DNA from: Acidobacteriota bacterium
GTDB taxonomy: Bacteria > Acidobacteriota > Vicinamibacteria > Vicinamibacterales > 2-12-FULL-66-21
DNA length: 39,476 bases
Direction: 5' to 3'
Assembly (NCBI GenBank): GCA_046734675.1
Contig: JBKPRU010000332.1
Location: 1 to 39,476 of the forward strand
Position 1 is the stretch's first letter, and each line of letters opens with the position of its first letter. The translations under genes and the position numbers were made by a program. Positions 16,559-25,406 of this stretch are shown piece by piece. The notes under the pieces are model-generated. The model saw nothing but the letters and a program-made list of their open reading frames with translations, did no database searches and was not told where the DNA came from.

Positions 16559-18013
16559 ATGGGCCCGCGAGATCCCCTGATCGAACACGTGCTCCGGCGG
16601 GCGGGCTTTGGTGCGGCTCCCGCCGACGTGCAGGCGTACGGCGACATGGGCTACGCCACGGCGCTCGACGCGATCATCAACTACGAGTCGATCTTCGACG
16701 ATGTGGATACGAAGATCGGCAAGCCCGGCTTCGTTCTTGTGACCGCGCGCGCCGGCTTTGCGCCCAACACCAACATCACCGACGCGCGCCAGCGCTGGTT
16801 GTTCCGGATGGTCCACACCGCGCGCCCGCTCCAGGAAAAGATGGCGCTCTTCTGGCACAACCACTTCGCGACCGCATTCAGCAAGATCGCCGGCGCGGTC
16901 GGTGCGACGGAAGCGACGCGCACGCTGGCGGCGAAGCCCTCCGAGGATTCGGCAGGCGTCAAAGGGCAGCTCGAGCTCTTTCGCGAGCTCGCCACGGGCA
17001 ACTTCCGTGACCTGTTGATCGCGGTGGCGCAGGATCCCGCGATGCTCATCTGGCTCGATGGGCGCACCAACGTCAAGGCGAAGCCACAGGAGAACTTCGC
17101 GCGCGAGCTGATGGAGCTCTTCACGATGGGCGTCGGCACGTTTCCCGAAACCGACGTTTACGCCGGCGCGCGCGTGTTCACCGGCTGGAATCTGGCACGC
17201 ATCGGCGGCAACGGTGCGGCCGGCCGGTTCGCGTTCAACTACAACGCGAACCAGCACGACACGGCTGCGAAGGAGTTTTCCTTTCCCATTTACCGCAACG
17301 GCAGCCGCACCATCGCGCCCCGTGCCGCCGGCGCAGGCATGCAGGACGGCATCGATCTCATACAGGCCGTCGCGAGCCATCCCGCCACCGGTCCACGCCT
17401 TGCGCGCAAGCTGTATGGCTATTTCGTCAACGAGATCGATCCACCCGACGAGGGCCTCATCGCCGATCTCGCGCGCATCTATTACGCCGGCAACTTCGAG
17501 ATCAAGCCGATGCTCGTGCGGCTGTTCACCTCGGACGCGTTCACGTCATCGAGCAGCCTCTACAAGCGCTACTCGTGGCCGGCGGAATTCGTCGCGCGGG
17601 CGCTGCGCGAAGTAGGCTGGGCGGGCTTCTCGGTCAACGACGCGCTCACGCCGATGATCACGATGGGCCAGCAGCTGTTCGAGCCGCCCGACGTCGCCGG
17701 CTGGGACCTCGGTCCGGCGTGGTTCACGAGCGGCTCGATGCTGGCGCGCATGAATTTCGCGGCACAGCTCGCGACCAACCAGAAGTTCGAGCTGCGGGAT
17801 CGCGCGAAGGCGTCCGTGACCTCTCCGGAGTCGCTCGTCTCGTGGGCGATGGATGCGATCACCGCGCCCGACTTTCCGACAGATTCCTACAACGCGATCC
17901 TCGACTACGCGAGGGCGGGCGGCAGTTGGACGGGATCCGACACGCAGATCGCGACGAAGGCGTCCGGCATCGCGCACCTGATCGTCGGGTCGGCGCACTA
18001 CCAGCTCGTTTAG
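16559..18013 (+). CDS. DUF1800 domain protein
   Basis: ATG at 16559 follows GGAGGA. HVLRRAGFGAAPADV...FWHNHFAT is the DUF1800 signature. It is paired with DUF1501 downstream. Confidence 0.85.
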   Translation: MGPRDPLIEHVLRRAGFGAAPADVQAYGDMGYATALDAIINYESIFDDVDTKIGKPGFVLVTARAGFAPNTNITDARQRWLFRMVHTARPLQEKMALFWHNHFATAFSKIAGAVGATEATRTLAAKPSEDSAGVKGQLELFRELATGNFRDLLIAVAQDPAMLIWLDGRTNVKAKPQENFARELMELFTMGVGTFPETDVYAGARVFTGWNLARIGGNGAAGRFAFNYNANQHDTAAKEFSFPIYRNGSRTIAPRAAGAGMQDGIDLIQAVASHPATGPRLARKLYGYFVNEIDPPDEGLIADLARIYYAGNFEIKPMLVRLFTSDAFTSSSSLYKRYSWPAEFVARALREVGWAGFSVNDALTPMITMGQQLFEPPDVAGWDLGPAWFTSGSMLARMNFAAQLATNQKFELRDRAKASVTSPESLVSWAMDAITAPDFPTDSYNAILDYARAGGSWTGSDTQIATKASGIAHLIVGSAHYQLV

Positions 18014-18022
18014 GGTGACCCG

Positions 18023-19282
18023 ATGATTACCAGACGCGAATTCATTCGTGGCGGTGTCGCGGCCTTCACCTTCAGCTTCGCCGCGCCGGAATTTCTCAGC
18101 GATCTCGCGCGCGCACAGGGCACCTCGCGCCGCAACCTCGTCGTCCTGTATCTGAGCGGCGGCAACGACGCGCTCAGCATGCTGATTCCCTACAACGATC
18201 CGCAGTATCGCGAGCGCCGGCCGGTGCTGGCGATCCCCGCGTCGAGCGTGCTGCAGATCGGCTCGGATCGCGCGAACAATGCGCTGGGGCTGAACCCGCG
18301 CCTGACCGGAGTGAAATCGATCTTCGACGCCGGCCGCCTCGCCTTCATTCAGCGGACCGGTTATCAGAATTCAAGCCGATCGCACTTCCAGGGAACCGAT
18401 ATCTGGTCGACGGGGAACCCGCAGGTGGCGCAAGGCGCGGGCTGGCTTGGACGCTATCTCGACACGATCCCGCAGTCCGATCCGCTCGTCGGCTGGTCGA
18501 CGACGCGCGACGTGCCGCGGTCGCTCCTGGCCAACAGGGTCGGCGTAGCCGCCATCCCCACCGTCACCGGCTATGCGCTCGCGAGCCCGAATCCCGGCGC
18601 CGAAGCGGGGTTCGCGCGCCAGGCCGCCACCCGAATCGCGTCGCACGTGCCGGTCGACATGCCGCACCTCGCGTTCGTGAATGCCAGCGCGCAGCAGGCG
18701 TTCGCGACGCTCGATCGCGTTGCGCAGGTCGGGCTCTATCGTCCGACGGTGACGTATCCCAATAACGGCTTCGGGCAGGCGCTGCAGGCCGTCGCGGGCG
18801 CGATGGCTGTTGGCGTCGGCACGCGCGTCTTCTTCGTGCAGACCGGCGGCTACGACACGCATGCAGGACAGAACACGAACCAGGCGAACGGTTCGTACAC
18901 GCAGCTGATGGGGACGCTGAACGACGGGCTGTTCGCGTTCTACACCGATCTCGTGCGCCAGGGGCTCTTCAGCGACACGATGATCCTGCAGTTCTCCGAG
19001 TTCGGCCGCCGTATCAACGAGAACGGGAGCGCCGGCACCGACCACGGCGCTGCCAGCGTGATGATGGTCATGGGGGGCAACGTCCGCGGCGGCATCTACG
19101 GCACCGCCCCGAACCTGGCGCCATTTCCTGACAACCCGACGCTCGAAAACAACGGCAACGACGTGCGCTACGAGACCGACTTCCGATCGGTCTACGCACG
19201 CGTCATCGACAACTGGCTGGGCGGGAATTCGATTCAGGTGCTCGGCGGCGATTTCCGGGCGGCTGCGCCGCAAGTTGTTTGA
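18023..19282 (+). CDS. DUF1501 domain protein (sulfatase-fold, Tat signal)
   Basis: Twin-arginine signal MITRREFIRGGVAAF. Also GGYDTHAGQ and SEFGRR...GTDHG. It starts 10 nt after the DUF1800 stop. Confidence 0.85.
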   Translation: MITRREFIRGGVAAFTFSFAAPEFLSDLARAQGTSRRNLVVLYLSGGNDALSMLIPYNDPQYRERRPVLAIPASSVLQIGSDRANNALGLNPRLTGVKSIFDAGRLAFIQRTGYQNSSRSHFQGTDIWSTGNPQVAQGAGWLGRYLDTIPQSDPLVGWSTTRDVPRSLLANRVGVAAIPTVTGYALASPNPGAEAGFARQAATRIASHVPVDMPHLAFVNASAQQAFATLDRVAQVGLYRPTVTYPNNGFGQALQAVAGAMAVGVGTRVFFVQTGGYDTHAGQNTNQANGSYTQLMGTLNDGLFAFYTDLVRQGLFSDTMILQFSEFGRRINENGSAGTDHGAASVMMVMGGNVRGGIYGTAPNLAPFPDNPTLENNGNDVRYETDFRSVYARVIDNWLGGNSIQVLGGDFRAAAPQVV

Positions 19283-19287
19283 CGCGC

Positions 19288-20220
19288 CTAATCTCCGAAA
19301 ATGCCTCGGAACGCGATATCGATTTCCGGGTAGCGGAAATGAAACCCTGCGTTCAGCGCGCGTGATGGGAAGACGCGCTGGCCGGTGAGGAGCGATTGCG
19401 CCATCTCGCCGAGCGCGACACGGAGCGCGAAGCCGGGCGCCGGTGCGAGCGCCGGGCGATGCATGGCGCGGCCGAGCGCTTTTGCGAGCTCCGCATTCGT
19501 GACCGGGTGCGGTGCCGTCGCGTTCACCGGGCCGGCGATCTCCGGCGTCTCGACCAGCCATCGCACCATCTCCATCCAGTCGATGCGATGAATCCACGAG
19601 ACGTACTGGCGCCCGGATCCCATGCGGCCGCCGGCGAAGAAGCGGAAGGGCAGCATCATCTTGCCGAGCGCGCCGCCGCCGCGCTCGAGCACGATGCCGG
19701 TGCGGAGCAGCACGACGCGGATCGATGGCCCCGCCGCCTGCTGCGCCTCGGCCTCCCAGTCGACGCACAGCCGCGCGAGAAAATTGTCGCCGGGTCCAGA
19801 CGTTTCGGTGAGCGGCTCGCTGCCGCGCGCGCCATAATAGCCGGTCGCGCTCCCGCTGATGAACGTGCGCGGCGGGTTGGCGCAGCTACGGAGGGCGGTG
19901 ACGAGCGTGCGCGTCGAGAGGATGCGGCTGTCGCGGAGCGCCTGCTTGCGTGCCGGCGTCCATCGGCCATCTGCGACCGACGCCCCGGCGAGGTTGATGA
20001 TGGCGGCCGCGCCGTCGAGGACGGGCGCGAGCGTGCCGTCCGTCCCGTCCGGGCGCCAGCCGACCCGCGTGATGCCCGGCACGCCGGTGCCCGAGTCGTG
20101 CCGCGCCTCGCCCGGCTTCAGCGCGCGCGTCAGCAGACGCACGTCGTGGCCCTCCTCGGCCCAGGACTCGCATAACGGCGCACCGAGGAACCCGCTGCCT
20201 CCGGCGACTACCAGTTTCAT
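19288..20220 (-). CDS. TIGR01777/YfcH-type epimerase-family protein (SDR fold plus DUF1731)
   Basis: MKLVVAGGSGFLG Rossmann N-terminus and a C-terminal DUF1731-like FHFRYPEI. I took the ATG at 20220 as start; the GTG at 20241 in the track is possible. Confidence 0.8.
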   Translation of the reverse strand: MKLVVAGGSGFLGAPLCESWAEEGHDVRLLTRALKPGEARHDSGTGVPGITRVGWRPDGTDGTLAPVLDGAAAIINLAGASVADGRWTPARKQALRDSRILSTRTLVTALRSCANPPRTFISGSATGYYGARGSEPLTETSGPGDNFLARLCVDWEAEAQQAAGPSIRVVLLRTGIVLERGGGALGKMMLPFRFFAGGRMGSGRQYVSWIHRIDWMEMVRWLVETPEIAGPVNATAPHPVTNAELAKALGRAMHRPALAPAPGFALRVALGEMAQSLLTGQRVFPSRALNAGFHFRYPEIDIAFRGIFGD

Positions 20221-20269
20221 CGGACTCTTGGACGTGGCCACCCGCCCCGAAGTTTGCGACCGAGTGCAC

Positions 20270-20275
20270 TATAAT
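20270..20275 (+). promoter_or_regulatory. Candidate -10 box (perfect TATAAT) upstream of the S9 peptidase gene
   Basis: A perfect TATAAT lies in an otherwise GC-rich divergent spacer, 44 nt upstream of the signal-peptide start at 20319. I found no convincing -35 at 17 nt spacing. Confidence 0.25.
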
Positions 20276-20318
20276 GAACATCAGAGCTCCCCTGCACTCT
20301 GGTTCGGACAGGACGTCG

Positions 20319-22280
20319 ATGCGCCACCTGATTTGCGCCGCGATCATTGCGCTCGCGGCCTGGCCCGCGGGAGCCCGGCAGACACCATCGGTCCCCATCC
20401 CCGCGACCGTGAAAGTCGAGGGGATGCCGCCAATTTCCGCGTCCATCGCCGAGGATCTCGCGCGGTATGCGGCCTACCGCGACGCGCAGATCGTCGCCTG
20501 GCACCCCACAAAGCGTCAGCTGCTCGTCAACACGGTGTTCGGGCAGTTCCCGCAGATCCATCTCGTGGATGGACCAGGCCGCGCCCGCACGCAGCTCACG
20601 TTCCTCTCGCCCGGCGTCCCGCGTGCGACCGCCGCCGTGCCCGTCTCGCCCGCGTCGTTCGACCCTGCCGATGCGAACACGATCGTGATCCGGCGCGACG
20701 CGACCGGCGGCACCGAAGGCTACTCCCTGTATCGCTACGACCTGTCGACCGGTGCGGTCGCGCCGCTGAACGAGGCGAAATCGCAGTCGGGCGTGCCGGT
20801 GTGGTCGCGGCAGGGGAAGTGGATCGCGTATCGCTCGAGCGAGCGCAACGGCAAGGATCGCGACATCTTCGTCATGCAGCCGGCCGATCCCTCGACCGCG
20901 CGGCGCGTCGGCGACACCGCCGGCAACTGGGACGTCGAGGACTGGTCGCCCGACGGCTCGTCGCTGCTCGCGCTGGAGCTGCTCTCGAACACCGAGACGC
21001 GGCTCTGGACGATCGACGTCGCGAGCGGGGCGAAAAAGCCGGTGACCCCGCAAGGGACCGAGCCGGTGGCGTGGTTCAACGCGCGCTTTGCAGCCGACGG
21101 CAAGTCCATCTATGCACGCTCGGACAAGGGCGGCCGCATGCGCGTCTGGCGCGGCTCGCTCGCGAGCGGCACGTGGACGGCGGTCAGCGCCGAAGCGGAT
21201 GCGGTCGATTCGTTCGAGCTCTCGCCCGATGGTCTGATGATCGGGTTGATCGTCGATCGCGGCGAGCACACTGATCTGCAGGTCCTCGATCTCGGGACGC
21301 TGAAGCCGCGTCCGCTTCCGGGGATCGGACCCGGGGTCATGTCGCAGGTCATGTGGCGTCCCGGCTCACGCGAGCTCGGATTCACGCTCGCCTCGATCAA
21401 GTCGCCCGGCGATGTCTATTCAGTCGACACCTCACTCGGCACGCTGACGCGCTGGACCTACAGCGAGGTCAGCTTCAACCCCGACGTCTTGCCGGCGCCG
21501 GAAGTCATCCACTGGAAGAGCGAGGGCGGGCTGACGATTTCCGGGATCCTCTACCGACCGTCGACCCGGTTCACCGGTCCGCGCCCGGTGATGATCTCGC
21601 TGCACGGTGGTCCCGAGCAGCGCGATCGCGTCCGCTTCCAGGGCCGCAGCAACTATTTCCTCAACGAGCTGGGGATCGCCATCATCTACCCGAACGTCCG
21701 CGGGTCGGCCGGGTTCGGCCGGAGCTTCGTGGACGCGGACAACGGCAAGGCGCGCGCCGGCGCGATCAAGGACGTCGGGGCGCTGCTCGATTGGATCGCG
21801 ACCGAGCCCGCGCTCGACAAGACGCGCGTCCTCGTCCAGGGCCCGAGCTACGGCGGCTATCTCGCGCTCGAGTCCGCGATCGCCTACGGCGATCGCATCC
21901 GCTGCGTGATGGCCGGCGCCGCGATGACCAACCTGGTCACGTTCCTCGAGCAGACCAGCCCGGATCGTCAGGCCAATCGCCGCGTTGAGTACGGCGACGA
22001 GCGTGACCCCGACATGCGCACGTTCCTGCTCTCGATCTCACCGATTACCCGCGCGTCGGAACTGAAGCGCCCCACGATGATCATTCATCCGGGCAACGAC
22101 ACGCGCGTCCCCGTCGCGCAGGCGCAGGAGCTGGTGAAGGCCCTCAAAGACAACAACGTGCCGGTCTGGTATCTGGAGTTCACCGGCGTGGGGCACGACA
22201 ACTTTCCGGGCACCGCCGCGAACAACGACCTCATGCTCGCCGCATGGACGTCGTTCATGAAGACCTATCTTTTGAACTAA
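20319..22280 (+). CDS. S9 prolyl oligopeptidase-family serine peptidase with an N-terminal beta-propeller
   Basis: Signal peptide MRHLICAAIIALAAWPAGA. WD40/TolB-like repeats (WSPDGS, LSPDG). Nucleophile elbow GPSYGGYLA, then HPGNDTRVP and GVGHD. Confidence 0.85.
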   Translation: MRHLICAAIIALAAWPAGARQTPSVPIPATVKVEGMPPISASIAEDLARYAAYRDAQIVAWHPTKRQLLVNTVFGQFPQIHLVDGPGRARTQLTFLSPGVPRATAAVPVSPASFDPADANTIVIRRDATGGTEGYSLYRYDLSTGAVAPLNEAKSQSGVPVWSRQGKWIAYRSSERNGKDRDIFVMQPADPSTARRVGDTAGNWDVEDWSPDGSSLLALELLSNTETRLWTIDVASGAKKPVTPQGTEPVAWFNARFAADGKSIYARSDKGGRMRVWRGSLASGTWTAVSAEADAVDSFELSPDGLMIGLIVDRGEHTDLQVLDLGTLKPRPLPGIGPGVMSQVMWRPGSRELGFTLASIKSPGDVYSVDTSLGTLTRWTYSEVSFNPDVLPAPEVIHWKSEGGLTISGILYRPSTRFTGPRPVMISLHGGPEQRDRVRFQGRSNYFLNELGIAIIYPNVRGSAGFGRSFVDADNGKARAGAIKDVGALLDWIATEPALDKTRVLVQGPSYGGYLALESAIAYGDRIRCVMAGAAMTNLVTFLEQTSPDRQANRRVEYGDERDPDMRTFLLSISPITRASELKRPTMIIHPGNDTRVPVAQAQELVKALKDNNVPVWYLEFTGVGHDNFPGTAANNDLMLAAWTSFMKTYLLN

Positions 22281-22287
22281 TCGTGAG

Positions 22288-22552
22288 GCCGCCGCGAAGC
22301 GGCGGCAAGCCCGTAAGGGCGTCGCGCGAAGGGCGTGAGCGCATCGGGTTGGGCCGGGCCTTCCGGCCCGGCTCGTCGGCGGGTCTACAGACCCGCCCTA
22401 CACCTGTCACACGTGCGTCGGTCTCTATGGTGTTGTTTCACGTAGGCCGGGTCTTCCGCCTTCGCGCGAAGCGCTTCGGCGAGACTCGCCGGAGCCTTGG
22501 CGGAGGCGGTTAAACCCGGCAAGGGCCTGAGTCCTAAGCCGTGAGCCCTGAG
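22288..22552. repeat. Mosaic of repeat modules: R8 (inverted), a GC hairpin, R1, a partial R1, R7 and R6
   Basis: The reverse complement of 22288-22328 aligns with 37155-37191 (CGCGCGACGCCCTT(A)CGGGCTTGCCGCCGCTYCGCGGC). Hairpin GGGCCGGGCCTTCCGGCCCGGCTC at 22351-22374. R1 at 22378-22401 and a partial R1 at 22442-22456. 22473-22509 aligns with 37092-37130. TGAGYCC/TAAGCC units at 22526-22552. Confidence 0.8.
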
Positions 22553-23859
22553 ACGGAGCGCTCGGCCTGGCGCGCAGCACGCCGCCCCTCGTCGACATCG
22601 ACCTGCGTCAGTAACGCGCCTCCCACCACGAAGAACACCAGCACCGAAAGAATCGCGGCGCGGCTCGTGCCGCTGTGCTCGACGACCCACGCGAAGATGG
22701 CCGGTCCGAGAATGCCGGCGTAGCGCTCGAACACGCCGAAGAACGCGAAGAATTCCGACGATTTGTGGCGCGGGATCATGCTCGCGAAGAGCGACCGGCT
22801 GAGCGCCTGCGTCCCGCCCTGCACCATGCCGACCAGCACCGCGAGCGCGAAGAACTGCACCGCGGAGTGCAGAAAGTAGCCGAGCACGCTGATGGCCGCG
22901 TACACCGCGAGACCGACGAACACCGCCGCCTTCGCGCCAATCTTCCCCGCGAACATGCCGAACAGGAACGCGAACGGCACGCCGATGAACTGCGTCACGA
23001 GCAGCGCGGCAATCATCGCGTTGTCGTCGATGCCGATCTCGGTGCCGTAGGTCGTCGCCATCCGGATGATCGTCTGGATGCCGTCGTTGTAGAGGAGGAA
23101 CGCCAGGAGCAGCAGGAATGCCTGCCGGTAGCGGCGCAGCTCGTGAAAGGTCTCGAGCAGCCGCCGCGCCGCGGTCGTCAGCGGATTCCCGGACGCCGGT
23201 TCGTCGCGCTCGATCATCCGCCGTGGCTCCGGCACGCGGCGGAACAGGGGGATCGAGAACACGACCCACCACACCGCGACGCTCGCGAGGCTGGCGCGTA
23301 CCGCCGTCTCGCGGTCCGGCAGCCCGAACCACTCGGGCTTGCTCATCATGGCGATGTTGATGGCGAGTAGCACGCCGCCGCCGATGTAGCCAAGCGCGTA
23401 TCCCGCGGACGAGACGCGATCGAGCTCGTCTTCTCCGACCAGGTGCGGCAGCAGCGACTCGTAGAAGACGATGCTGCCCGCGACGCCGACGTTCCCGATG
23501 ACGAACAGGACCAGGGCGAGCATCCAGTCGCCGCGGCCGATGAAATACATCGCTCCGGTGGCGATGGCGCCAATCGCGAGAAAGACCGCGAGGAACCGCT
23601 TCTTGACTGCCGCGTAGTCCGCGATCGCACCGAGCAGCGGCGCCACCACGGCGACGATGACGATGGCAATCGTCGTCGCCCACGCGAACCGCGTCGTCGC
23701 GATGGGGCCCGGGAGGTCCGCCGCCGCGACCTTCTGGAAGTAGATCGGAAACACGGCGGCGATGATCGTTGTCTGGAAGGCGGAGTTCGCCCAGTCGTAC
23801 ATCGCCCAGGCACGAAGATCAGGCCGCCCGAGGCCGAGGCGAGTGAGCAAGCGCTGCAT
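22534..23859 (-). CDS. MFS transporter, UMF1 (Atg22-like) family
   Basis: ATG at 23859. LRAWAMYDWANSAFQTTIIAAVFPIYF is the typical UMF1 N-terminus, and there are about 12 TM segments. The track start at 24165 runs through repeats and is rejected. The last codons lie in R6 units. Confidence 0.85.
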   Translation of the reverse strand: MQRLLTRLGLGRPDLRAWAMYDWANSAFQTTIIAAVFPIYFQKVAAADLPGPIATTRFAWATTIAIVIVAVVAPLLGAIADYAAVKKRFLAVFLAIGAIATGAMYFIGRGDWMLALVLFVIGNVGVAGSIVFYESLLPHLVGEDELDRVSSAGYALGYIGGGVLLAINIAMMSKPEWFGLPDRETAVRASLASVAVWWVVFSIPLFRRVPEPRRMIERDEPASGNPLTTAARRLLETFHELRRYRQAFLLLLAFLLYNDGIQTIIRMATTYGTEIGIDDNAMIAALLVTQFIGVPFAFLFGMFAGKIGAKAAVFVGLAVYAAISVLGYFLHSAVQFFALAVLVGMVQGGTQALSRSLFASMIPRHKSSEFFAFFGVFERYAGILGPAIFAWVVEHSGTSRAAILSVLVFFVVGGALLTQVDVDEGRRAARQAERSVSGLTA

Positions 23860-23905
23860 GTGTCGACAGCAAATGTACCACCGACCTTCACGGCGCACCG
23901 GCAAC

Positions 23906-23940
23906 GATCCACCACGGATGGACACGGATGCACACGGATG
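23906..23940. repeat. R3 module
   Basis: The reverse complement of 23906-23939 is identical over 34 of 34 nt to 34891-34924 (ATCCGTGTGCATCCGTGTCCATCCGTGGTGGATC). Confidence 0.9.
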
Positions 23941-24100
23941 CTGTCCTGCGGCAATCCAGACGCTGAGAAGGATGGCTGCGGGTGAGCGTGCCGCCGACCG
24001 CCGGCCTTTCAGCCGGCGCCGTGAGGGCGCGCGGATCGTGCGCCCTCTCGTTCGCGCGAAGCGCGGGTCGGTGACACGATCGCGCAGCCCTCCGTTGGTG

Positions 24101-24222
24101 CTCTGCGTCTCGGCGCCTCTGCGTGAGATCCGTCGGCTCCGCGCGTGTGCGCGGCCACGGCCCACGGGCCGCCTTTGTGGTCTTCGTCCCTTCGTGACGA
24201 GGCGTCGGGCCGTGACAGTGAA
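24101..24222. repeat. CTCTGCGT-type units (R10), then an R5 module with its GGCCGTGACAGTGAA tail
   Basis: CTCTGCGTCTCGGCGCCTCTGCGTGAG at 24101-24127. CTTTGTGGTCTTCGTCCCTTCGTGACGAG at 24173-24201. GGGCCGTGACAGTGAA at 24207-24222; compare 16448-16506. Confidence 0.75.
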
Positions 24223-24231
24223 TTCCGCCGC

Positions 24232-25371
24232 TTAGAACGTCCTTCGCGCGACCCACTCGCGGAACAGCGAATCGACGACCAGGTAGCGGGTGCCCTCCTT
24301 CGCGAGCACGTCATCGCGGACGAGCGCGGCGAGCGATGCCTGCACCCCGGACGGGCCGGCCAAGCGGTGGCGGGCGCGCACGTCCGCGCCGAGGAGCTCG
24401 CGGCCGTCCTCGAGGACCGCGGCGCGCAATGCGCCGCGCTGCGGGATGGTGAGGCGCTGCCACGTCGCCTCGAAGATCGCGTGATGCTCGTTGAGGAGGC
24501 GGCGCAGCGTCGCGTGCAGCTGATCGAGATCGACGCGCCGCAGCCCCGCCGCCCGCGCATCGTCCCATAGTTCGTGCGCGAGGCGCTGAACGTCGTACGG
24601 CAGGTTGCCGGCGAGCTCGACGATCGCGGCGCCGATCTCCGGCTCGGGCTTCAGCGCGGTCTTCTGAAAGCGCGCCTCGAGGAACTCAGCGAACTGGTCG
24701 GCCGGAATGCGGTCGAGGCGCATCACGGGACCGGCTTTGTAGAACGGGCGATTGCGCGCGAGCATGCGTTCCATCAAACTCGGTTCCGACCCGGAGAAGA
24801 CGTAACCAACTTGACGCTGGTGTTGAATCGCGGCGCGCAGCGCGTGCTCGACCTCGTGCGACCCTGCGTCGAACGCATTGATCGCCTGGAACTCGTCGAG
24901 CGCCACCGCGAGCTTGCGTCGCCGCAGTTCGGCGATCCGTCCGGGCAGCGCGAAGACGGCCTCGGCGAGGCGGGACACGTCCGATTTGGTACGCGCAGAG
25001 GGAAACGACAGCGAGACCTGCGAACCGGGCTCGAGCCGCAGCTCGGGACGAAGACCACCGAGCAGATCGCCGATCCACTTGCGGATCCGATCGGGCTGCG
25101 TGTCGGCGGTCACGAGCGCCCGGGCGTAGCCCTCGAGAAACGCGGGATACGAGCTGTAGCTGCTGACGGTGACGTTGATGGTGAGCGCCCGTGCCTTCGC
25201 GGCGGCACCCAGCGCCTGCTGGACCAGCGACGACTTGCCGTAACGCCGCGGCGAGATCAGGAACACCTTCTGCCCGGCGAGCAGGTCCTGCGTGAGCCGC
25301 TCGAGCTCCTGCTCGCGATCGACGAATGCCGACGCGGGCACGACCTCGCCGTAGACGAAAGGGTTCTCCAT
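24232..25371 (-). CDS. AAA-type ATPase of the Arch_ATPase (PF01637-like) family
   Basis: ATG at 25371. N-terminus MENPFVYGEVVPASAFVDREQEL, Walker A ISPRRYGKSSL, Walker B LAVALDEFQ. The upstream 167 codons of the track ORF are rejected. Confidence 0.75.
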   Translation of the reverse strand: MENPFVYGEVVPASAFVDREQELERLTQDLLAGQKVFLISPRRYGKSSLVQQALGAAAKARALTINVTVSSYSSYPAFLEGYARALVTADTQPDRIRKWIGDLLGGLRPELRLEPGSQVSLSFPSARTKSDVSRLAEAVFALPGRIAELRRRKLAVALDEFQAINAFDAGSHEVEHALRAAIQHQRQVGYVFSGSEPSLMERMLARNRPFYKAGPVMRLDRIPADQFAEFLEARFQKTALKPEPEIGAAIVELAGNLPYDVQRLAHELWDDARAAGLRRVDLDQLHATLRRLLNEHHAIFEATWQRLTIPQRGALRAAVLEDGRELLGADVRARHRLAGPSGVQASLAALVRDDVLAKEGTRYLVVDSLFREWVARRTF

Positions 25372-25406
25372 CGCCAATACGTCAACCGACGTAACGGCTA
25401 CGGAGT

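Noticed and set aside
22244-22513. Small ORFs lying wholly in spacers: 22244..22513(+), 34794..35327(+), 34877..35152(-), 34897..35109(+), 23762..24235(+), 16378..16647(-), 36895..37080(-), 2225..2617(-).
   Set aside because: Their translations are simply the repeat modules read in one frame (for example RPTPV, SVSIRGG, PRMDTDAHG, HEGTKTTK). They have no RBS and no family resemblance.
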